Virus record (IMG/VR): IMGVR_UViG_3300042463_000207
Span: 3,037 to 67,036 of that record
DNA: 64,000 nucleotides
Strand: one strand, 5' to 3'
Origin: a virus
The translations under genes were made by a program, and so were the position numbers. Positions 18,401 through 27,100 of this stretch are shown here, piece after piece (within the stretch, counting starts at the first letter, position 1; every line of letters starts with the position of its first letter). Under the pieces are notes generated by a model that saw only the letters and a program-made list of their open reading frames with translations, searched no databases and had not been told where the DNA came from.

Positions 18401-21125
18401 GAGAGAATACGTGCCATGCCTCATGATATGCATCTACCATTGTGCCGCCTGTGGTTGGATTGATTAAGATAGCACCCATTTTACCGTCAAGGTCAAGGTT
18501 CATATCAGTAATTAATCTTGCACCAGCTGCAACAAACTTACCGTATACATTAGAGTTTACAATGTTAGCTGCAGGGAATAGTCTAATGTATTTACTAAGT
18601 GGAGAGTTTTTCCACCACTTGATTGCATTTTCTACTTGTGCTGCAGTTACACCATTTGGTAGACTAGCTGATCTGTCTAGTTCAAAATTATCAATTAGAT
18701 CACTTATATCTGTTGAATCCTCAGGTTGATTAGTATATGGTGGATTAGTAATATTTACATCACCAGCTTTAGCCTGATCCTCTGTTACAGTTTTGCTAAA
18801 TGGTTCTACTGATTCTACAGCTTCATCTTCAGCTGCTCTCTCTGCAGTTACAGTTTGAACAGGAATAGGTTCTCTTATAGGTTCATCAGCCTTAAAATCT
18901 CTTTCAGCAAGAGATCCCATATCATAGATTCTACCTTCTACTTCAGCATATGCTTTTACAACATCTTTGAATAGGAACCCATTATCAATTACATCCCTGA
19001 CTTCAAGATAGATCTTATCACCGACTTTTGCTTTACTACTTAGATAAAACTTATGTACTCCTTCTTGACCATCTATTTTTACATCTAGTGTATAAGTTGA
19101 CCCATCTTTAGTTTGTGTTTCTCTAACTTCTACTACTTCTCCAGTAATACTTTTTGGATCAGCAAATAAAATTGCTTCAACCATCTTGTCTTTAAACTTA
19201 CGGACTTCAGATCTATTATCTACTTCTTCAGATTGATCATTTGTAATTTCACCTAGTACTCCAGTTGGTAGACCAAATTTAACATAGGCATTAAATAATG
19301 GAACACCTTTTTTACCTAATATTATTTCTCCATCTTGTTGTCTCAGGAAGTCTATATAGTTTTTCTCTACACGCTCCCCATCTACATAGTCCATATATGT
19401 ACCCTTACTTAATAAGGGCTGACTGTAATCAAACTTGGCTGCATAGTATTTTCCTGACTCAGAGGTCTTACCATTCATGAGAATTTCAAAGATCTTCTTC
19501 TTATTACTTTCTTTAAGATTCTTATCTTCTAGATTGAGTGTTGTGGATGGATTGACTTTTGAGTCACTTAATTCAACCTGTTTTCCTGTAAAAGCAAAGT
19601 ACTTAAATGTAATCACATTAGTATCCCTATCAAAGTATACCTGATGTCTTCTAGTTGAATTGGGAATGTCTACTATCTCCTTTGCATAGAACTGACTATA
19701 CCAGTCAAACTTTTGTGTAGGAGTTAGTTCATCTGAAGTTAGTACTTCAGCAATCTTGGTAGCTAAATCTGATTTGATATCAGATCTATCTAGTTGTACT
19801 ATTGTACCATTGCCCAACTTTATGATAGTCTCACCACTACCAAAACCATAAGAGGGTTTATCTAGAGTTTGTATGTTACCAATAATTAGTTCACTAAGTG
19901 TTTTCCCATTAGATTCTCTTGCATAGAATGACTCAAGCTGATTTATCTTTAGGTTCTTGATACTAGTATTAGATACACCCTCACTAGCTCCAGTAATAGG
20001 TAGAATGAACTTCTCACCCTTAATTAACTTTTGTCTTAGATCATATAGCTGTTTAGCCTCTGCTTGTTGTTCTGCTTCAATTTCTGCAGCAAATTGCTGT
20101 ATGGTCTTACCAGTTTTTGCTTTGAATTCAACGGGGGTTGAGTACCCCATTTCTTTCATGCGTAGTCTAGCTTCTTCTGCTGGTAAGATGATTTTATTTT
20201 CTATACCATACATATTGGTAACTACAAACTTACCACTACTATCTCGTCTTACTTCTCTAAGAGTCTGATAAGCATACTTACCATTTTCTTTTGTAGTAAT
20301 ATTACCATCCTCATCAAAGTAAAGTGGTTTGCCTTGTTTATCTGAGATAACAAGCATGAACACCTCACTTGGTAGGGTTACTTTTCCTGTACCCGTACCC
20401 TGGGCCTCAATAGAATTCATTCTAATTAGAAGATCAGATGTTTCTTTTGTCATCTGAGCATCTGGCATTCTATTTAATGCAATTGGAACAAGAGTAATTT
20501 CTTGTCCCTGGTATATAGGATTACCTAGAGTTGTATCAAACTGAAAAGTAGTTCTATGTATTCTAGAGATTGTATTGTAAATTCTTGTCTTATCTCTGTC
20601 AAGTCTTTCTACAGTAGTTTGTGTTTTCTTTGTTGGATCTAGAGTTATGAATTCCTGACCTGTTCCAGAAAAAATTGTTCTACTTTTTAGTTCAATCTCT
20701 TCAATCTCAGCATCCGGATCAATTGGATCTGATGTAGTTCCTACAGGATTGTTTGCTTTATAATTAGCCTCTGCAGCTAGCTCCTCAGGAGTAAGTGGTG
20801 CTAAACCTAAATACTTTTCAATAGCAGATAAACCTGTATCAACATTTCTAAAAGCTCTTGTAATTTGTCTTAGTTCTTCAATGGGCATATTCAAACTAAG
20901 TTCACCACCTAGTTGTGCTTCTACACTACCTATGATATATGGTATTTGTTGAATATACTGTAGTGCTACATCACTACCCTGGGCCTTTTTAAAACCATTG
21001 TACATATAATTTATGTACTGATTTACATCAAAAGTTTCTCCAGCAGGAGTAGTAAGCATCTTTTTATAGACAGCATCTAAAAGTTTGATAATATTATCAC
21101 GACCAAGGGTACAAGTAATTGCCAT
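6417..21125 (-). CDS. Giant virion-packaged single-chain DNA-dependent RNA polymerase polyprotein (crAss-type) with zincin, SLOG and ASCH-like domains
   Basis: RIPVQGLNSM...SGGDFDVDKL catalytic loop (13551-13565; crAss-like vRNAPs have a DFDxD loop). Also ADGQGYI, ESGSKVG and STQ motifs, an HEAWH zincin (18411-18425), a SLOG-like SGGQTG motif and an ASCH-like GTKTMTNR motif. Confidence 0.9.
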   Translation of the reverse strand: MAITCTLGRDNIIKLLDAVYKKMLTTPAGETFDVNQYINYMYNGFKKAQGSDVALQYIQQIPYIIGSVEAQLGGELSLNMPIEELRQITRAFRNVDTGLSAIEKYLGLAPLTPEELAAEANYKANNPVGTTSDPIDPDAEIEEIELKSRTIFSGTGQEFITLDPTKKTQTTVERLDRDKTRIYNTISRIHRTTFQFDTTLGNPIYQGQEITLVPIALNRMPDAQMTKETSDLLIRMNSIEAQGTGTGKVTLPSEVFMLVISDKQGKPLYFDEDGNITTKENGKYAYQTLREVRRDSSGKFVVTNMYGIENKIILPAEEARLRMKEMGYSTPVEFKAKTGKTIQQFAAEIEAEQQAEAKQLYDLRQKLIKGEKFILPITGASEGVSNTSIKNLKINQLESFYARESNGKTLSELIIGNIQTLDKPSYGFGSGETIIKLGNGTIVQLDRSDIKSDLATKIAEVLTSDELTPTQKFDWYSQFYAKEIVDIPNSTRRHQVYFDRDTNVITFKYFAFTGKQVELSDSKVNPSTTLNLEDKNLKESNKKKIFEILMNGKTSESGKYYAAKFDYSQPLLSKGTYMDYVDGERVEKNYIDFLRQQDGEIILGKKGVPLFNAYVKFGLPTGVLGEITNDQSEEVDNRSEVRKFKDKMVEAILFADPKSITGEVVEVRETQTKDGSTYTLDVKIDGQEGVHKFYLSSKAKVGDKIYLEVRDVIDNGFLFKDVVKAYAEVEGRIYDMGSLAERDFKADEPIREPIPVQTVTAERAAEDEAVESVEPFSKTVTEDQAKAGDVNITNPPYTNQPEDSTDISDLIDNFELDRSASLPNGVTAAQVENAIKWWKNSPLSKYIRLFPAANIVNSNVYGKFVAAGARLITDMNLDLDGKMGAILINPTTGGTMVDAYHEAWHVFSQLFLTKEEKTALYNEVRKLKPEYANLSAREVEEMLAEDFRSYALNPKVIKGQPKRNTLFRRILNFLKKLFRITPSTADLIRGEELATEGVAGELFQNLYFASKNPALLNNYTPLITNVALDELNRGIEQVNNNQEDALDEIDSALVIESLDSLLSTVVDNTFEKKGALDAAISIISNENNKSQFFDFARKRFLKDIENIQGQLNVKPAKSFNSFETLQNLEDNAVAIIRSKEGDDKYIFLKGQVEDFSNLNLDTKSGERIKGELYKGTIEIIGDYYSHKTIKSKDKDAVDIIVVNSLEEAQAQFDAYEKDDDTSFTDIELFPDRTVGAFEVDYDQAALLDNLRVLQAARDNWDKVIKYFEEKSSFNIMTKKVRIQETDPENDTQDEDAQLDATKSQKFDKGADVNLLEIVDKEVVYILKSLFAVTRDSRGKPIYEYNKLGYKKLANYKKVWNAVVRATNSTKDPRQMYKNIQDAIATYPELEQLIKFRLPNPESIGAEGTIGNKMRSFGIVTSFWSVFSLPRVPYMQLTVFRNQYEEIDNKGNKKITRSETSGVEVTNASTDISNTIRKFEASFAARLDSAFTRRDADNNTILKLDKIIEQFSDRSGNFKTGSEFLFLNAMGFNLDDLGKIKQELSDPNNAKYFGVSYIFDTIKDLNNAQKAGSMSDGARRILNNFMRNPITALRNGIDPGVIGLKDSFVFKKGSKQSTQIDRIVTLQNKFGSTASTFSVQNPEKNRVNEHVNDSSLTVIADAINTANGRTDMYRFGSTAKHLDPSINPFAESSLAIRSMFLPDNTKRPNRSVMVETISGTQTINTIIGQNGSIRDGAITGSNTTSLDKRGKFIQEMHTFLKTGRVELMRPGSKNSSFGWKIDGGIATSAINKKDAHLYVDIESLLPNTAGEADTIETIMIPYLSSELKRINIYNESPEAKNYVGYNREFKNGKTFGESFVYFDGILTENTQNEILEKVKSPGVKLQDYLKTDPELAKKIKAEIKGYFTNKTNELYNYLKQAPFVDKTLMDRLKFDNLTNEQREKTLVKAFMYNYWIHNMETSILFLGDIAQYDHKKQELHKRISGLISNGPRVRSDLDAQTFSQYLGETSYAASENMAPIMYKGYVNTAIMQEVQRESIYADVIRKGLTADYERRYKNRNIPNKEALIKERVEKEVAKYSADELKEADGQGYITFDAYRMLKVLQNKWSDPQENLYQRIVNKEDVKASEIIEMFPVYKLQNFGFVEGTVLPVTAMHKFALMPLIPSMIKGTDFESLHKQMMTENVHYATFESGSKVGHVAPTGSKADIVFEDAAQTIVKKNIKFTVNTIHAGFLKEAASVNSKYKGETVFSTQLRALITSGLYQQGQLVNKDYAPIVNEYKETVDFYTDLLKYELLNEIEYNKDGNKLVGKPDKFLKLIRENLERKDYPDHLLRQLQTNSDGTLKGDLSYFIDRKTIEKTILSIVEKRFVRQYVKGEPLVQVASTFSNGLITGGPRFEKPTDAERKKFLGTNNLPFYHPGEDGKTNAMKVAIALQGDFENLLNLKHIDGKPIETRQRLNEMIKNEKWLDTEDNRKKITMAAVRIPVQGLNSMEFMEVYEFLDPAAGNLIMLPTEIVAKSGGDFDVDKLTTFFPNIDKNGNLYKAPASNKDFMAEANKIKDKKARKKFIEQQKFATQNQFIDSIRSILELPENYAPLVRPNDTYILKDLADKLQDDVSTYDKFTKQNGEINMKGNKKILSPTTTLEPLYNLAKHEENLVGKAVLGIAAIENKLSPMFDAAGGKMPLTYKATKYVNGRYVVDTKNPAEYNMRLNLRHNKIGDHISISDTDTADGIDKIADVYSQGMNGWVDVEKDEWIFYIQGNYEIAPTFLYLIKAGVPVRDAAYFVSQPMIREFAEQQRLIGGDYGAILGIAPSASQFTKFQSARDVVNKYTARYLYAIMDGVRPDIEFNVEFRPVDDFREQPKPVMTKVKKRQLALEIQRGNINPLEIMRIYPEKGGPSKADIYFAPDLRNQLYYNAADFAIKKAERVDGNFSVDMMQDIIEGKKNVNDLNNEQIIAQMGMFLHFYEIQKQLMGLSAMKRLLKPDTKTYSNFQQVYLDDVNRDLLDENSKIDQVTKERLFKQSIVSSLFDKSIITDVAAPMMDLINNSITNNAIKEIIATRDISSFGIGTDGVVAFIDAYKDAIVNFIYQNYLSNFVDARGNIISVPETYRDANVTNNKALDNDAIYTDKGFIINLDNIKRDYREKAYLANSEAGTAYKNRDGLKPFNITEDPFTTEEQYIRYVLERAYQKTQGLTGLQLNQVSLMTVYNPSALTKNTEYSYTKMVLDLVDEFPGLRSEYPVLEQLSARASRDSYLLTLNDRDVVDGSTKSQYAANIRALGNPRIQKVRGDANNRISAIFSLLPKIAVYQHGNGTTPFGLELVVPQETVIAATRNAGDLFKLNYWTQDTLNLIFDKLVSIENNRKLFKNYLLTPVQINNPSNVRTVIEPSFDPEEIVSTVGQQTQPVTPINQIDFQEDQNTGYAARTRINASADATIALATDFNSAGEKLTKSSVLAQNKMYIPIDASSIEVTAERVNRIVDMLNSVNAKTLNIAGNGIYTMRGKYTQAQIDNFTYGLLKAVTESPRLNNKIESVRSGGQTGFDEAGAKAGIRLGLPTIVLAPKGWKFRNISGVDISSESSFKSRFSNINSTASDELFGLDISNQQNLEFQTGTLNQVSNFLDAVGIEQRLVPEILSANGSVVDNALAVANFMQGTVDIIDQFEKRPLAWNKLPEEAAHFWYRLLKADSPLKKALWDAHETSVKNNELYRTQYGNLVSSPEDLTEESIGQLIAAAIKRVETRESTPEDKSFFTRFINFIKRVLGIYKQNETKEDIFEVAAIKILSSDLSDLMTWEEYLELSNQAFPDTAITEASIDPVDYAYFQDNLLITTDEEGNNLFAVADSPLFSTIEELDSWVYANTNYAQDSKQVIQQIEDQKKFVDRLLNKTYKRKTRYLRKTLNKLYSIYDKGMPTIPMYLQNVESRFATGSSLSLTKKLTPEERKDLETARDYQTITPTLKAIPQILTKYKKNPISLSEKLKVDGVKKEELALLQNVIEAIKAENPNKKSITAEEFVNEAYVFLETNYMLGFANELDHLDYMVYNTFEDTRLPSGDPVLHQKISLRFNDTYYKRAPHFSLAPSAFASLTAFPQDKSGRVAVLLHEIQNDQIETLREGTSRLKTLSNPLQKYVDEMTDVMKDAEAQVATGGFEILSNDPKYLNIFKSPVYQRVIDNRLKDDDFSYKQFRDLYQHDQVYLEQPSQYTDIIRRQQELLDGLYTQTRIVNSIRSTGGFEQFLSEDDKQMIKKAIEDANRTTGNNRQSFQFPEQVYKDMFSKIQKKFPAFDRAAFDTMFSQQYGGVIKPQYQPRTNRTQLNTSVNYFLKVVLPNAITNSLNKDIANKKQFVLSNIANRNKAYFVERMLKLTRDEYNVLVNNINYNYNELVRLRDEASAIALNERMAQDYDSNYGAWRLDSLKADSEELIKRATELSENQTEAIEAAKTDLEKLLNVELQYFMPLIHQVLQTHIKQYGKETPLFFTGSDATMLTQANPRTAQIYAGPEEVKYSREEVDMIKYKLAYDEQLTLKMNDYNIVVEKDRVTGDPIPQDEMDFALKALTEAKKNPQTNDDIIKRQVQLTQGSPISVGAIYTMLSKVPGVSLQYQPKIDGLKGSTGGYLVDLTNYNFNQPLLFGLDFSAQQKKENTYPRLTLAESDIKKIMNGTKTMTNRINALSTDSEFYTMDNGAIVKVKYLGEATVNNKTDIVTITNKETGSKTNRTLDQFAKSEGFKSAADFKKNNLLSASFINKGQARQVYQVEPVNSVRSVSEGSISPEANPEITEFNTYLEENNGVFPKEFNSSNGRRYLLNDNNLYDLVSPDGKTMYLRNMDLRTGKVERVPEVVVPVTEERKKQSIRDIKEMINLMSLDLAMAEDGYNIFQLMEDIKNATTMSEVERIEEIIRKYTC

Positions 21126-21128
21126 TGA

Positions 21129-24100
21129 TTAACAAGGTTTTGAGTTAAATGCATCAGTTTCTAAGTCCTCAAGCTTAGCATCTTTGATTCTATCTTCAAC
21201 ATTATTTATTTCTGTTTTGATAACCTCCTGCGTTAGATCAGAACTTTCTTTTAGTACTGCTTTAGTATCATCAGTTTGTTTTACCACTGGTGCTTGGGGT
21301 TTGATTGCTGTGCTCATTTCTGTTTGAGAAGTTAATTGATTGAAAGTAATAAAGATACTGCTTTTGCCATTGATTCTGCTAACATTTATTCCTTTATCTG
21401 TAATAGATGTAATAGTAATTGGGTCACCCGGAAGTGCCCAGAACCTACCATTATTGTCTGTCATGGGTTGTGTCACAACTCTATTAGCATATTGTTCTTT
21501 TGGAATACCGTTCTTTATAATATACTCAATTTCTGCTTTAGGTAATAAATTAATTGTAGAATCACTATAACCCATTAGGTTTAACTGATTTCTAAGATCT
21601 TTTTGTATACTAGTTACAACTTTGATTCCTGTAGCAGCTTGTGGACTACTTTGTACTTGTTGTGAAGTAGATTGTTGTTCAATAAGAACTGCAGTAGCAC
21701 CAACAGCATCCTGCGGAGTAATCTCTACACCAGATAGTACATCAATAGTTCTTGTACTATTTCCCCCTGCATCATAGTCTAATGCAATTGGTAATACAGC
21801 AAGTGTTCTAGCTTTAAGACCATGAGTATTATTTAGTAGGATTCTATATAATGATAACTGTTCTGTATGCTGTTCACGTTTAGATTTACCAAACCTCTTA
21901 GATTCATATTTAACTAGGTTCTCACCTTCATATGTTTCAGCAAACTGATTACCTCTCATTGTTTTGATGTCATAGATTCTTACATCACCATTTCTATCAA
22001 AGGTTAATAAATCTACAGTACCTGCAATACCAAGTTCATCATTGTATAGTACAACATTATTAGCTAAAACTATTTCTCCTCTTGCATCAAGAGAAGCTTT
22101 AATAGTCTCTAGTCTGGCTTTAAGTTTTTCTATTTCTTCAACTGGAGCAAATGTATACTTACTAGTATCTTTTAGTTTACCAGCAAAGAAGTCTCTAATA
22201 TAATCATCAATAGCATTGCCAAGAGTAGTAGAACTTGCAAGTAATAGTTTATTATTAATGTCTTTATCACTATAACCTAGATCTTTAAGTCTTCTTGTAT
22301 AGTCTTCCATAGACTCAGTTTCCAACTTAGGATCTTTGATCTCATCTTCTTTAGTGTAACTGGTAACCCGCATATACTCTTTACCAGTTCTGGTATTAAT
22401 ATACTTGGTACCATCTTCAGTCAGTTTAATGAAGGATGCATTTTTAAGAACTTCTCTGATAGTACTTCTTACAGAATCAAGTTTTTGTTCTTGTGCTGTA
22501 AGTGGTCTACCTGCTTTTTCACTTAGTGCTTGATCTAGATCAGCAATGTCAGCAAGGGAGAATGTAGAAATAATAGTTTTTTCTTCTTCATCTTCAAATA
22601 CCTGTTCAACAGTTTGTGCCCTTACTTCAGTAGGAACTGGACTCTGAACGTCTCCGCTACTAATTGGTTCTCTAATAATATCTCCAGCAACCGGTTCAAG
22701 TAGATCATATAGATATCTAAGTTGATCTTGATACTTCTGTAGAGCTGCTTCTAGCTCCATCATTCTATTTGTCTCTTGTTCTCTAACCTCATCAATGAAC
22801 TCTACATCATCCATAGCTTGATTTATTTCTCTTTCAAGTCTCTGGAGTTCAGCTTTATTTTGTGCATACTCATCAAGTCTAGGATCATTTGTTCCTCTCA
22901 ACTGAGTTAGTGTGTAATCTGAAAGTTCTTTATATCCTGAGTTCTTAAACTTACTTAAAGCTTTATCATGTGTTTGCCAGATTTTTAAGTATTCTCTAAG
23001 ATATTCTAAAGAACTAGCAATAGCTTTTCTTAGAATATCAATAAGTCTCTGGATTGTACCCATCTTCTTCTCAATCTTCTTGATCTTATTGCGGATATCA
23101 GTTTTAGTAAATAGATCAAAGTTAGGATCAGCAAGTAGATTTCTATAGTAGTCAGCTTGTTTTTTAAGATCCTTTTTAATTGGAATAAGAATTTTTTCTA
23201 TCTCTGCTTTATAGATATTTATTTGATTCTGAATTTCATTTGCTACTGCAAATTCTCTTCTAACCTGACCCTTATAAGCATTAATTCTTTCTCTTATTTT
23301 AGCAGCAAGTTTCTTTTGACTATTAGATTTTATTAATTGGAAGTTAGTCTTTTCCAGTTGTGTAATTTTATTTAGTATATCTTCAATTTGTACACCACTT
23401 AGTTCTACAGTATTGTCAAGAAGTTGTTGTAGGTAGTCAAGAGTGTCTCTAATCTCAGCCTCTTCTTTTTCAATTAGTGCTCTCTTTTCTTCAACAAGGG
23501 CTATTCTTCTTTGAAGTGCTTGCTCTGCTAATTGTTTACGTTTTGCAGTTTCAGCAGCAAGTTGTTCTGCATCAGAAGAAAATTCTTTCTCGGCAACCTC
23601 AGCTTGTTCACCATAAGCTTCTACATCAGCAATGTATCTTCTTAGACGTGCGATGTTGAGCTCATCTATAAGTAGATCTTCTTTCTCTTCATCAGTTAGT
23701 TCTTTCTGTGATCTAATAGCATACTGTGATTCTAGATCTGCAAGAATTTCTTTAGCTTGTTCTAGAGTGTACATAGCCATATCCATCTCCTTGCCATTGT
23801 AGTCAATGATAGGTGGTATAATACTTATAGCCTGTTCTTCAAGCTTTCTGGCCTGCATTTCTTTATTGTAGTTCTCAATAACTTCTTTGGCTTTTGGATT
23901 TGTTCTAACAAACTCTTCAAATTTATCAAGGAGTTCCTCTTCAGTTAGTCTAGAATAAACATCTATTAATGGTTCCCCATTCTCATCTTTGTTAATATAG
24001 TTTCCATCCTTATCTTGTTCTGCCACAAAGTCATTAAACTCAACTTGTAGATCTGTATATAAACCTCTATCAAGTTGATCAAGTGGTGTATTTACTGTAA

Positions 24101-27100
24101 ATGGTACAAAGTCTTCTGTCTTAACTTGTGGTGTAGATTTTATATCAGCAATAGCATTACGGATAGCTTCTTCTCTTTTCTGAGCATATTTGTTCTTGAT
24201 CTTCTGTGCTTCAATTGCATCTGCAGGAACTTTTTCAATAGTAAAAATCTTACCATCTATAATATCATATGAAAGTTGTGGTACATCTATTACCTCACCG
24301 TTCTTATCATTAAACCTAATTACATCACCATCTCTATAGACTATTAACTCATTTGGTTGCCCATCTACTAGATAGAATGCAGTAAGAGTATCTCCACTCT
24401 GTAGTTGACTAGCAACTTCGGATAACTTTACAGTTTCCTTACCAAGCATGTCAAGATCACCTTTCTCTTTTCTCTGTTCTTTTTGTGGTAGTGCAGCTAG
24501 TTCTTCTTGTTCCTGAACAGCTAGTTGCATTAGTTCCATACCTAATTTCTCATTAGTATCTTTTCTAGCTTTTGGATTTAGATTTTTTAACTTAACAGCC
24601 TCCAAGAATAGCATAGCATATTGATCATATTCTGGACTACCTCTTCTAATGACTATTTTTCTACCATTGTCAAAGAACTCATCCGGGATCTTATTGTTTC
24701 TACGGAACTCATAGATGTCATCAGCACTAACATAGACGTTTTTATCAGCTAGTTCATTAAGAAGAGCATTGAGTTCTATGTCACTGAGTTCTTGATTTAC
24801 AAGTTCATCATAGTATTGTTTTCTATTCTGATATGCTTGGGTCATCCATGCATAGTTCCTTTCAACATGGTCGAGAAACTCATTTGGATTGTACAGTAAG
24901 TTAATGTACTTGTTTAGAGTAGATACCTCTCTACCTAGTCTATAGTTATCTAAGATGTATTCAAATGCCTTGTCAGCATTTTTTTCTAAGTACTCATCTT
25001 TTCTTACATCAGCAATTGACTTCAGATATTCCTTATATGCAAGTTCTAAATCTGATTCAGCTCTTGTTGTATTCTGATCATTTTTTTCCTTTATATTGTA
25101 TCTCTTTTGGAGAATCTCTCTTGTTCTTGCTTCTGCTTCTTCTTCATCAAGGACAACACCTTCATCTGATACATTCTTAAACATGCCCTGTTCGCGCATA
25201 TTAGAGATTGTAGCCTCTAGTTCAGCACTATCGTATCTGTAGTAGTACTCTACTTTATCCTGTAAGTCCTGCATAGCAGCAAGAACTCTTTCTTTTTTCT
25301 TTAGCTCGGCAGCAGAAACTAAACCCTTACTAGATTCAATTTCAGTTTTAAGCATACCAATTTCAGAAGTAAGCCTATCTGTATCAAATAGAACCATTAG
25401 TTCTGTATCAGACATCTTATTTAGTGGCTTCTCAGATCTTACTGTTGATGCCATACTGTCCATTCTAAACTTGTGTCTTCTGTGTGTTTGACCTAAGAAT
25501 ATTACATTGTTTCTAGCAGTTGTCCATGCAGATAAATATAGAGCAGCTTTGTTATAAGCTTCAGTACCTTTTTTATAACCTGCTAGATCTATGGGATCTG
25601 GATATCTTTCATAGTTTTCCTTGTAATCTGCTTCTATCTCATCTATTCTTTGTAAAACAGAGTCAATCTTAGATAGGGATTTCTTACCAGTCCCCTTTTC
25701 AAGTTTAAAGGCATCTTCAAATTCTTGTTCTGTTAGATTTTTATATGATGCAATTTGTTCTTTAAAAGCACCAATAGAGTCTGTCATCATAGCTGTAATA
25801 ACAGCAGATGTAAAAGCTCTTTCTGAAGCATCTGTTGTAAGCTTTCTAGAACCAGAACCCTTCATCTTATTTGCATCTTCTTGGATTGCTAGATTTAGAA
25901 GCTTTTGGTTTATTACATTTATAGGATCTTTAAACAAGTTGTTATTAAGTGTAGCAGCAAGTTTCTCACCATAGGCATTTTTACCATCAATATACTCTTG
26001 ATATTTTTCAGGCTTAAACAGTCTATTATAGCTCTTGGATACAAATCCAGGAACCATATTCATACCGCCACCAAAAATACCCATGACAAATCCAGTAGCA
26101 AAAGTTTCAAAACCTCTTTCTGTAAATGGATTCTGTTCCCCCCAGGCATCTGAGTAGTAGGAGAACTTATCTCTCATACCAGCTGTTTGTGCAGCTCTAG
26201 CAAATAGATGGCTCTTTACAGCCTGACTATTATACATATCTACGTAGTAGTTTTCTGTTGCTTGAGCAATAGTTTCTTGAGCATTTTCTTGAAGACCTTC
26301 TGCAACATTTGCTCTAGTGTATCTACCAACAGCACCCAATGTTTTCTGTAATGGTGCTTCTTTAAATGCTTTTATACTTTCTTTCCAACTATTTTGAATG
26401 TACTTAGCTTCAGCTTGTATAGCTTTACCACCTGCAATTTTAGTTGACTCAATTACCATTCTACCCTCAGCTGTACGCATTAGATCTGCAGTCTTACCCT
26501 CAAGTAATCTACCAAACCCACCTTTTGGTTTAAAGATATTACCAAAAGTTATGTTGTTTGATAGGTACACAAGACCTGTATTCCACCCAATAGTTTCTGC
26601 AGATGCTTCTTTTGACATCTTACGCATCTTGTAATCTTCTTCATCAGAAGGGGCTTTACCATTCTTATCCCAGTATTCATTGTAGAGTCTATCATACATG
26701 TTATTCTCTACAAGAGCACCCTCAAGTCTACCTTCAGAAAAAGCCGCATTTAGGTTTCTAACATCTGCGTAAAAACCACCTGCAGTTTTAGATATTTTAG
26801 CTAGACCTGTTAGGTTATCAAACTTACTTATCTTAGATACATTATTGACAGCTTCAAATGTATTAGATAACGGGTTAAAGAATCTACCCATTGGGGTATT
26901 AGCAGCCTTCCAAAAATTTCTAGCTGCTTCTGTATTCTTCAAACTTGTCAAAGATTTACCAAGTACATTAGCAAATCTATCCATGTAAAAGGCTTGTGAG
27001 AATCCCTTTCCTATTCTTGATAGGTTACTTGCTGTTCTTACAGCAGCAACACCTCCGGCAGCACCACCAGTTACTCCTGTTAGTGCACCAAGAACAAGTT

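Noticed and set aside
6417-21125. Intein or self-splicing intron explaining the size of the RNAP
   Set aside because: There is no internal Cys, no recognisable intein splice-junction or LAGLIDADG motif was seen, and the frame is continuous. The extra length is accounted for by accessory domains.
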